The translations under genes and the position numbers were made by a program. A stretch of 64,000 bases of DNA from a virus. How positions within the stretch are numbered: position 1 is the stretch's first letter; each line of letters opens with the position of its first letter. Where the stretch lies: IMG/VR virus record IMGVR_UViG_3300028734_000012, positions 96,001-160,000 of that record; one strand, given 5' to 3'. The notes beneath the pieces are model-generated. The model saw only the letters and a list, made by a program, of their open reading frames with translations, did not search any database and had not been told where the DNA came from. Below are positions 49,885 to 58,910 of the stretch, one piece after another.

Positions 49885-52229
49885 CTACATCTACTCCATC
49901 CACATGACTTACATAAATTACATCCACCTTCAAATATTAATGGCTCGGCACATTGAGGACAAATACCAGTTTTTATTAGTTGCTCTTTAGGGTCAGCCAC
50001 AATGCAAGAATCAATTATTTTAGTAGGTTGTTTAATAACTTGTGGAATGGTAATCTTTTTTGGTTTAATTTCTTCTTCTGTCTCATCGTCTTCTTCATCA
50101 TCATCTTCATCATCTAATCCTAATTCGCTTCTGACTTCTTTATACATATCAATTAATGCATTTCCAATAGCCATTGGACAGCAAGCGCCTTTTGATGTAT
50201 CATGTTTTAATACCGTTCTATTGGTATATGACGAACAAAGTCCACTACTATTTAATTGGTCTACGATGGTATAAATATTTCCGCCCAACCTAGCGCACAA
50301 TGAAATTGTACGAGACAATCCAATCATGAAATTATTACAACCGCCACTCGAACCTTTATCAAAGAACGTTTCAAGTAAATCACCAGTCACAGGGTCAAAC
50401 CATGCTGTACAATGTAAACTACCACAACCAGTAATTAATCTACGTTTCTTACCAATCTCATCATTATTTATTAATAAGATATCTCCACGTTTTAATTCTG
50501 TCAGTACTTTTTTATCTTTATTGTCATCTATAGAAGTTAATATTCCAGTACGTTTGCATCCATCAACATAAATTGTCATTCCTTTAAGCTTTTGTTCCCA
50601 ACCATATAAATAAACTTTCTCTATATCATCTAATGTTGATTCTTTAGGTAAGTTTAAAGTAGAACTAATAGCTGTATCGATATGTTTTTGCATTGTTGAT
50701 TGCATATCAATTCTATTTTTCCAAGGAATCATATCTGATGATACAAAATATTCTGGTAATGTTTTTGTATCATATTTTTTCATATACTCTGTTGCTTCGT
50801 CAATAAATACATCATAATAAACATCTTGATTTTTATGCAGTGTTTCTGTTTTACGTTTATAAGACATTCTAAATATAGGTTCACATCCAGTACTAACATT
50901 TAACATTGTACCAATGCTACCAGATGGTGCAATTGATAATAAAGAACAATTGCGTAACCCATATAATTTTAATTCTTCAATTTCATCATCCGTAAAATGT
51001 TCTTTAATGATTTTTGATTTCCAAACTAATTCTGTATATTTTGGAAATGAGCCTTTAGAAACTGCATTATCTGATGAAGAAATAACCGCGCTTCTAAACA
51101 TTTCGTACAAAATACTATCTATAAGTTTTAATGATTGTTCATCTCCGTATGTAATACCCATTTTTAAGAACATTGAAGCAACACCCATAACCCCTAATCC
51201 AGTATTTCTATAGTTTATAGCCATATCTCTTTGTTCTTGTAATGCATGATACTTGAATCCATAGTCTAAAACTTCATCTAAAGCTGTAATAGCAATTCCA
51301 ACATCATTTTTGAAAGAATTTAAATCAAATTCAGCATTTTCTGTATATGGGTTAATAACATATTCTGATAGATTCATTGACCCTAAATTACAAGCCCCAT
51401 TTTTTGGAAGTGGCTGTTCCCCACATGGATTACCAGTAACTACTTTATAATCATCAACAAATTCCATAATATTATGATTTCTAAATTCATTTGTAAATAT
51501 GATTCCTGGCTCTGCCCAATCAAAAGCATTTAAACACATTGATTTATATACATCTATTGGGCAAACATCATATTTAATTTCCCCACTGTCGTATTTAAAG
51601 GTAATATGTTTAATTAATTTTTCACCAGTCAAGTAAAAATGTTTTACCATATCCATAAATTCATTATCTATTTCAAGTGATAAATTCGCCTTTTCAATTT
51701 CTCCTGTCTTACTTTTAACAGTAATAAAAGTCTCTGCTTCTTTATGCCATGCATCAAGAGACATCATTAATGCACCTTTACGAGAACCGCCTTGTGAAAT
51801 ACTTTCTGTAACTCTGTCAAAAATTCTCATAAAAGGGATTATACCATCTGATTCATAGCCACCACTTGTGGAAGACCCTTTTGGTCTAATTTTTGATAAT
51901 GATAATCCTTGACCACCTTGCGTTTTATATGTAATAGCAAGATTCTTTGCTAAATCCATTATTTCAGAAACACTATCTGGCGCATATCCACTAGAATAAC
52001 AATTTGATGTGCTTGCATTTCTTCCAGTATTATAGTTAGTCATAGTACGACCACCATAAATAAATTTCTTTTTTAAAATCATATTTTTAATAGATTCATT
52101 ACCATTAGAAATCCTGTTAATCATTTCATCAAATGTTTCTTTTTTACCATTTAATGTTTGCATATATTTTCCTGTACAAATATCAATCCCAAGTGTATTA
52201 TTTTCGCCTAACCATTGTTCAACTGTCAA
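49881..52229 (-). CDS. nrdJ: Class II (AdoCbl-dependent) ribonucleotide reductase with fused TSCPD/Zn-ribbon C-terminus
   Basis: SNC, NPCGEQ...ACNLGS, IAPSGS, TGCEP, AISST.N, TGCG.L, C-terminal CPQC..GGC..C..CGWSRC; no nrdB in the window. Confidence 0.88.
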   Translation of the reverse strand: MTVEQWLGENNTLGIDICTGKYMQTLNGKKETFDEMINRISNGNESIKNMILKKKFIYGGRTMTNYNTGRNASTSNCYSSGYAPDSVSEIMDLAKNLAITYKTQGGQGLSLSKIRPKGSSTSGGYESDGIIPFMRIFDRVTESISQGGSRKGALMMSLDAWHKEAETFITVKSKTGEIEKANLSLEIDNEFMDMVKHFYLTGEKLIKHITFKYDSGEIKYDVCPIDVYKSMCLNAFDWAEPGIIFTNEFRNHNIMEFVDDYKVVTGNPCGEQPLPKNGACNLGSMNLSEYVINPYTENAEFDLNSFKNDVGIAITALDEVLDYGFKYHALQEQRDMAINYRNTGLGVMGVASMFLKMGITYGDEQSLKLIDSILYEMFRSAVISSSDNAVSKGSFPKYTELVWKSKIIKEHFTDDEIEELKLYGLRNCSLLSIAPSGSIGTMLNVSTGCEPIFRMSYKRKTETLHKNQDVYYDVFIDEATEYMKKYDTKTLPEYFVSSDMIPWKNRIDMQSTMQKHIDTAISSTLNLPKESTLDDIEKVYLYGWEQKLKGMTIYVDGCKRTGILTSIDDNKDKKVLTELKRGDILLINNDEIGKKRRLITGCGSLHCTAWFDPVTGDLLETFFDKGSSGGCNNFMIGLSRTISLCARLGGNIYTIVDQLNSSGLCSSYTNRTVLKHDTSKGACCPMAIGNALIDMYKEVRSELGLDDEDDDEEDDETEEEIKPKKITIPQVIKQPTKIIDSCIVADPKEQLIKTGICPQCAEPLIFEGGCNLCKSCGWSRCS

Positions 52230-52812
52230 TATTCGTTCCCCCTATACATGATTTATATTCTTGAATATATTTATAAACATCAGCCCAATCACCTGCAAGG
52301 TCAATCTGATATTTATTAACATCAAATCCTTGATTCCACGGATATTTTAATAATATCTTTTTGTATTTTCCGTCAACTAAATTATGTACAGCATCATCTA
52401 CCATGATATCTACATCAACCATTTGCTTATTTCCGCAAACAAATAAATGCTTATGAAGATTTATAAATGGATACTCTTTTTTAAATATGTTAATTTTAGT
52501 CTCTAGTATTGTTGGGGCTGTATCCGTTATCAAATACAAATCTATATCATTATCTTTACTCAATTTTTTCATATATAATTGAGATTCATATAACGGTTGT
52601 ACACGCTCCCAAAGTTTAGGGTTTACCCACAAATCTTCTACAAGTCTTTTATACTCTTTTGGAAATATATTTCTCATATCCCATTCAGTAATATCTTCCA
52701 TTGTATAGTGTAACCCTGTGTATTCATTAAATAAACTTATGAATGCGAATGTCGAATCGAATAAGACACAATCATAATCTACTCCAACTTTTATCTTATT
52801 TATTTTCACCAA
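52219..52812 (-). CDS. 5'(3')-deoxyribonucleotidase (HAD, NT5C-like)
   Basis: VDYDCVL, K, IMVDD..HNL, PWN. Confidence 0.8.
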   Translation of the reverse strand: MVKINKIKVGVDYDCVLFDSTFAFISLFNEYTGLHYTMEDITEWDMRNIFPKEYKRLVEDLWVNPKLWERVQPLYESQLYMKKLSKDNDIDLYLITDTAPTILETKINIFKKEYPFINLHKHLFVCGNKQMVDVDIMVDDAVHNLVDGKYKKILLKYPWNQGFDVNKYQIDLAGDWADVYKYIQEYKSCIGGTNIDS

Positions 52813-53302
52813 TCTCCTTTATAAATTTAATTGCTTCTTGTTCTAAATCTTCAATCGTATCATTATTATTTATAGTATAGTCATATGCAAAATTTAATAC
52901 ATTTGCATCAGCCATATTTGATTCAATCCGCTTTATATTGTTATTAGTAATTAATAATGTTTTTGCCCCAAAATCATTTACAAATCTTTGGATTTCGTCT
53001 GGTTCACGAACGTGTATGAACAGAAATGGACAATTATTCCCTTTGAATATATCGATTACTTCTACAACATCTTTATAAGGCATATCATTATAATCTGAAA
53101 ATAATAGTTTTAAATCGCTTAATAATTTTCTATCTTTTTCTGTTTTACCGCCATCCCATCCACCTATTTTAGCAATCATCTTTACTTTGTTAACAGATGA
53201 ATAATTCATTACTTGATATTTACAGTTCTTCTTTACTAAATGTACGAAAGTATCCTTTCCCCATGAGCCAGAACCGTTGATGATTATAATCGTTTTATTC
53301 AA
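52796..53302 (-). CDS. dNMP kinase-like P-loop protein
   Basis: TTG 53302 (SD GAGGGGG); INGSGSWGKDT, R..L, HVREP.EI, YDYTI.N. Confidence 0.65.
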   Translation of the reverse strand: MNKTIIIINGSGSWGKDTFVHLVKKNCKYQVMNYSSVNKVKMIAKIGGWDGGKTEKDRKLLSDLKLLFSDYNDMPYKDVVEVIDIFKGNNCPFLFIHVREPDEIQRFVNDFGAKTLLITNNNIKRIESNMADANVLNFAYDYTINNNDTIEDLEQEAIKFIKEIGENK

Positions 53303-53303
53303 T

Positions 53304-53912
53304 TTATTCCCCCTCTTTTTTAGATAGTCTCTTGTAAAAATCATCATTATATGCCGCATATCTTTCTCTGATATCTAACATATTAATATCTTTGTGAGTT
53401 TCTGTAAATTTTTCCCAAAAGTTACATGGTTTAAATTCTGGACACCCACAACGATAAATGCAGTTTGGAACAAGAACATTTGCTATTTCTGGTTCTGGTT
53501 TATGTATTGTATACTTCAAATCTTCCGCAAGTTTTCTAGCTTCATCAGCGGCTTGATAACATAATCTTTTACGTTCTGTGTCAATTAAATTTTGTGGGTT
53601 AGCGAACCCATTAAAATCAACTAAACTATCTTGTGGTTTTTTATCTCTATCTTCGCCAGTTCTATCAGTTCGCTGTGTTCCAATGAATTTTTCCCATTTA
53701 TGTCGTGACCACTCTGTACTAACCCAATATTTAATATTTTTCCAAACCCATAAAATATTAATGATTCTAATTGGGCTATGCTCTGAAATTAGAAGGTCTT
53801 CTTTAAATTTTTGAGAAGGTTCGTTCTCTGTAAAATCTTTATTTACAGTTGTTCTACAACAATTCTTAACAGTTTTCCAACTGCCATAAATTTCATTAAT
53901 TTCAGTTTTCAA
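53304..53912 (-). CDS. Flavin-dependent thymidylate synthase-like protein (divergent ThyX)
   Basis: TTG 53912 (SD AAGGAG); EHSP, SRH, R.C..A..E.R, LVP.C...C.CPE..PC. Confidence 0.65.
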   Translation of the reverse strand: MKTEINEIYGSWKTVKNCCRTTVNKDFTENEPSQKFKEDLLISEHSPIRIINILWVWKNIKYWVSTEWSRHKWEKFIGTQRTDRTGEDRDKKPQDSLVDFNGFANPQNLIDTERKRLCYQAADEARKLAEDLKYTIHKPEPEIANVLVPNCIYRCGCPEFKPCNFWEKFTETHKDINMLDIRERYAAYNDDFYKRLSKKEGE

Positions 53913-53934
53913 ATAGTTTCTCCTTATATTACTA

Positions 53935-54576
53935 TCACATAGTACTATAATATGTATTACCAATTTGTTTCCATAGTTTACCTAAATGCCTATACTCTGA
54001 CTGATATACAACATTGGAAGGACAAAGAGTTTCACCTTCTAAAACTCTTTTAGCAATTGCATAAGCCCTCTTAACAGCTTCTTGTTCACAAGCATTTTTT
54101 GCTCTGCTAGGGAATTTTACACCATTTTCAAACCCTGCATATTGACCTTCTGATTCTAAAACTCCACGGATGGTGTTAGCAAACTTGCCACTTTTTACTC
54201 TATTTATAATAACATTGCCATCGAGTATTCTTTGAATATCTGTGGCATTATTTCCACCGTGTTCATTATATATACCTGCCGCCATACAAAACAAATCATC
54301 GTCAGTATAGTTATAAACCTTTTTAGAAATTTCTTTAGGCGGCGGTGTATATATTGATTTAATTTTCATATCACTAACTTTTTCTTTAGTGATTAAACTA
54401 ATCTCGTTAAAGACTGTTGGTTCGCTAGTGTTCTCTATTTTACCAATACAATTCTCTATTTTGTATTTATGAATTGGCGTTTCTGTAGCTTTCACTTGAA
54501 AGTCTATTCTATCACTCATTAATGATATTGATAACATGAGTGCTAATGAAAGGCATATCGCGCTAGTCCTTTGCAC
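53935..54576 (-). CDS. SleB-like cell wall hydrolase (Hydrolase_2) with signal peptide
   Basis: IYNE.G...NVIINRV.S..F.NTI..V....GQY. Confidence 0.8.
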   Translation of the reverse strand: MQRTSAICLSLALMLSISLMSDRIDFQVKATETPIHKYKIENCIGKIENTSEPTVFNEISLITKEKVSDMKIKSIYTPPPKEISKKVYNYTDDDLFCMAAGIYNEHGGNNATDIQRILDGNVIINRVKSGKFANTIRGVLESEGQYAGFENGVKFPSRAKNACEQEAVKRAYAIAKRVLEGETLCPSNVVYQSEYRHLGKLWKQIGNTYYSTM

Positions 54577-54593
54577 AAAATCACGCTCCTTAG

Positions 54594-54824
54594 TTATCCT
54601 TTGTCAACTAAGTCTAGGTCATCTATCCAAAATAACCATTGTGGAGTTGATTCATCTTCTTCTAGTATATACATAAATGTATAAAAATTATCAACGTCCA
54701 ACTTAGCCGTAAAGGTATTATTTTTGTTTTCTGTAATAAACTTTGTAAATTTGTCAGAGTATTTACCTCTTTCGAGGATTTTGTCCGTTTTGATTTTTAC
54801 TTTTCTACCAGATATATTTTCCAT
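54594..54824 (-). CDS. Hypothetical SH3-like small protein
   Basis: ATG 54824 after SD AGGAG, immediately downstream of a consensus promoter. Confidence 0.55.
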   Translation of the reverse strand: MENISGRKVKIKTDKILERGKYSDKFTKFITENKNNTFTAKLDVDNFYTFMYILEEDESTPQWLFWIDDLDLVDKG

Positions 54825-54846
54825 ATTTTTTTTAACTCCTATATAT

Positions 54847-54875
54847 ATTATAGTATAATTTACAGTGTTTGTCAA
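54847..54875 (-). promoter_or_regulatory. Consensus SigA promoter (early), near-copy of the 48357-48385 promoter
   Basis: TTGACA-N17-TATAAT with shared flanks. Confidence 0.85.
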
Positions 54876-54910
54876 GTAATTAGGATATTTATTTAATTAG
54901 AATTTATTTT

Positions 54911-57900
54911 TTATATGTGATGAAAACTGCCTATATTCCAATATCCTTTATTCTGAAACACATGCTCTGCAAAGATTATATCATATTTTTCAATTGGGCT
55001 TTCTTCATATAATTCCGATGCCATATAAAACGCTCCATGCTTTCCAGAACCAATTGATTGTGTTCTAAGACTATATTTCCATACTTTGTTAGGAACTTTG
55101 CTAAACCTATCTATAATAGGTCTAATTTCTAATACAACTAGTTTTCTACGTTCTTTTTCTTCCTGTGAGTGTGAACATAGATTAATATAGCCTAGAAACT
55201 CCAATTGTGTTAAAATTTTGTCTTTGTATGAAAAATCTTGTATAGTTTGACAGTTTAAAAAGTCGTCGCATTCCTGCAATATATTTCTCACATTCAATTT
55301 TGTAAAAGATTTCTCGCTTTCTGTTGAGTTTCGTAGTACAATATTATATAGAGTTTGTTTACTTTCGAGTTTAGTCTTGCTAATTGTTTTAGAATTTCCC
55401 TGTTTAAAGAAGTCAAACATATCAACAATTCTAAGTAATTTCATAGAATTTCCAAACTCTTCAAAGAAATCTAATTTAATTAGAATTTCAAGCTGTCTTG
55501 AATTAATTTGGATATCTCTAATATCATACAATAAATCAGTAAAGGTATTATATGTATTATTTCTTAAACTATACAAATCATCAGCACAATTTTTATTTAA
55601 AAACTTAATTGATTGCATACCTTTATAAATTGATTTAGTGCTTATGTCAAATGAGTATTCAGATTTACCATATCTAAATTTAGGCTCAACAATCTCTATC
55701 TTTAATAATTTAGACAATTCTGTCCCATTTGAAATGTCTTCTTCTGTTTCAGAACAATTTAAAAATGCAGTTAAAAACTCATAAGGGTGATAATAACGTA
55801 AGTATGCACATAGATATCCTAACATGCAATATGCGATACTATGGTTAAGTCCAAACATATATGAACTTGCATCTTCGATTATCTTTAGGAATATCTTTGC
55901 TTCTTCTTCTGATATCTCTCTAGGCTTATCAGAGACCTTGCAATAACCCTCTAAGATGTTTGGTAGCGCTTTCTGTAATCTATCAGCATCCTTACGACCA
56001 ATGGCACGACGGGTATTATCAGCTTCACTACCAGATAGTCCACAAATATCAGTTAAGAATTTAATTACATCTTCTTGATAGACCAGATAACCTAGATTGT
56101 CCTCTAACAATTTATCGATAATTGGTGATGGATTATGGTTAATTATATGTTTACTTAGACTATCTCTGTACGATGCACCAGATGGACGAATCATAGCCGT
56201 AACAAGTGACATATCCTCAATAGATTTTGCATCAAATTTCTTTAATGTATTAAATGCAAAAGCAGATTCAAATTGAAATATTGCAGTATTAGATTTTTTC
56301 ATATCAGCCCATACGTTTTCATCATTCCAATCAATCTGATATGATAACGGATATTTTTCACCAATATATTCATAAGTCTTTTTAATGATACCGACATTCT
56401 TTAATCCTAAAATATCATATTTAGCAAGTCCAGTTTCATGAACGCATTCCATATCTAACTGCATAATTACATTCCCATCATTTACGAAAGTACCATAATT
56501 ATCAGCTAATGTAATTGGAGAAATTACAATTCCTGCTGGATGTTGGCTTTGAGATATAATAGTTCCTAACATTCCTTCAAAGTAATAAAATATCTTAGGA
56601 TACTTTTCTCTGCATTTATCAGCGTTAGCTTCGTATTCTGTTTTTATCGTTTTCATAATTGCTAAATTATATGGGCTTTCACTTTTATTTAACTGTGGAT
56701 TAGCCTTACACCATAAGAAGTCTAACGCTCTCCCTATATCATCAATTGTACCTTTGTCTGATATAGTTCCCATTGCTAAAACAAATGCTGTCTTTGGCTG
56801 TCCAAAATGAGTAATGATATGTTCGTATATCTTAGCCCTATCATCTTTAAACACATCAATATCGATATCTCCGATTTCCTTACGGTCTTCATTACAAAAC
56901 CTAGAAAATACAGTTTTCCATCTAATAGGATTTAAATCAGTTACATCGGTAACATATGCGACACAGCTACCGCCACAACTTCCTCTGCTGAACCCAATAG
57001 GGATACCGTTCTCTTTACACCAACAAAGAATTTCTGACATTGAAAGCATAAACCCTAACATATCAACCTTTTTAAATACCCTTATTTCTTCTTGAATATT
57101 TATTTCAAACTTTTCTTTTTGGCTCATTGGGATTATGCCATTTTTAAGTTTTTCTTTAAACATTTTATCGATACGCTTAATAAATACTTCTTCATCATTA
57201 TCGTACATTCTAGGATATTTTATTGATGCATCCAGTACAATTTGTTCTATAGTACTTGCCATAACATTTGTATTTTCTATTGCTTCTAATATTATATCCA
57301 TTGGTAATGAGTTTTGCACTATAAAGCTATGTACAAGTTCATCATATGTCTTATATGTTAAATCATAATCGTCTTCATTGCTAAACTCAATTTTTTTAGA
57401 TTTCTGTAATATACTACGGCATTCTGCTTTATAGCTATTTAAACTATGTGTATCTGTTCCTGCTATTAATGGCTTATTATATTTCTTTGATAAGTCATAT
57501 AGGCTCTTGTTAAAACTAATCTGGTCTTCTGTATTATGGTACTGAATTTCATAATAATCATAATGTTTTAACAGTTTATCAAAGTAATCTTTAGTCTCAT
57601 CTATTTGAGACTGGTTGAAAAGAATTTCATTTCTTATTTTTAATCCGTCAAAATTAGGGTCTTCTTCTTTGGCTTCAAGAAGTTGGCTTTGTAACGATTC
57701 TATTTTTTCTTTAATTGGGGTTATGGTATTCATTAACTTATTTAATGGAGAAGCTAAACATGCTGAAATTTTTACGATATTATCAGATACACCTAAAAAT
57801 TCATCAAAAGTTAATCTTGGTTTATAGTAAAAATGGTCTGGTTGAGTAGCTAGTCCAACTAAAGTATTTAGTTCCTTTAATCCCTCAAAGTTCTTTGCTA

Positions 57901-58204
57901 ATAAAACTGTGTGATAATTATCTCTAACTTTATATGGTTCATCTTCATTAGTGCTATCAAAGTTATCATGAAATAATTTTTCAGTTAAATACACTTCACA
58001 ACCATGAATATATTTAATTCCATTCTTTTCACAGTACATCTTTTTGGCAACCCAATTGTAGATATTACCTTAACCATGTTCAGTAGAAGCAATTGCCTTT
58101 TGCCCCAACTGAACACATCTGTCCACATAATCAGTAAATTTAGTACAGCTATCCAATAAAGAATAATCTGAATGCGAGTGATAAACTACATAATTATCTT
58201 TCAA
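54911..58204 (-). CDS. dnaE: DNA polymerase III alpha subunit (DnaE-type), with in-frame TAA at codon 45 flanked by GGT codons
   Basis: TTG 58204 with SD AAAGGAG encodes YHSHSDYSLLD...ASTEHG*GNIYNW in frame with the 1042-aa ORF; RGS, GDIDID, HPAG, KYDILGL, YQE, FGLNHS.AY. Confidence 0.88.
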
Positions 58205-58904
58205 TAGAATCATCTCCTTTATAATTAAATTCTCCGAACAGTTCAATTTCTTTATCTTTTCTTGCCTTAATTGCTTTTTCTATAGTATCAAAACTTCCTA
58301 TATTAATATTTTTGTAATTATACATAATCCTTGCTATATATTGATTACCAATTTGCGCTATACCTTTATATCCACTAGTGTTATTGCTATTTATTCCTCT
58401 ATTTATACCATTAGTTGATTTATTAGCTAAACGTAAATTATTCCTTCTGTTATCATTTTTATTTGTATTTTTATGGTCAATTATTATATTAGAATCATTA
58501 ATATCTAATATAACTCGATGTAAACGATAAGAAGAATTATGTTCATTTTTTTGACTACTTATAATATAATTTTGGTCATTTTCTAGCCATGTAAAGTCTT
58601 TGATTTTATCATAATCAACTAAATCAAAATAAAAGTTTTTATCAGTATTTGTAGTCCATCCTATTCCATATTCATTAGTTAAATCATATTTATTATATTT
58701 TCGTTTTGCTTTAGAAGTCATTTCTTTATGTAAACATCCACAAGATTGTGTATTCATTTTCTTTAAATTAGAACCTCTAACTATAATATCGTTTCCACAA
58801 TCACAATGACATAACCACCTAGTTTCCCCATTACCTACTACATCATATTTACTGATAACCAATAATTTACCAAAAACTTTATTAGTTAAATCAACCCTAA
58901 CCAT
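58194..58904 (-). CDS. Free-standing HNH-AP2 homing endonuclease
   Basis: DLT...FGKL..W.C.CDCG..SCGC; LHR...IDHKN....DNRRNNLR; NNTSGYKG...ARI......GSF AP2-like tail; overlaps the dnaE start. Confidence 0.88.
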   Translation of the reverse strand: MVRVDLTNKVFGKLLVISKYDVVGNGETRWLCHCDCGNDIIVRGSNLKKMNTQSCGCLHKEMTSKAKRKYNKYDLTNEYGIGWTTNTDKNFYFDLVDYDKIKDFTWLENDQNYIISSQKNEHNSSYRLHRVILDINDSNIIIDHKNTNKNDNRRNNLRLANKSTNGINRGINSNNTSGYKGIAQIGNQYIARIMYNYKNINIGSFDTIEKAIKARKDKEIELFGEFNYKGDDSIER

Positions 58905-58910
58905 TTATTT

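Noticed and set aside
58067-58075. Reading the dnaE TAA as genome-wide stop-codon reassignment or as a micro group I intron
   Set aside because: TAA ends most genes in the window normally. No 6-nt excision register gives both an exon-terminal U and an intron-terminal G, and 6 nt cannot form a ribozyme.
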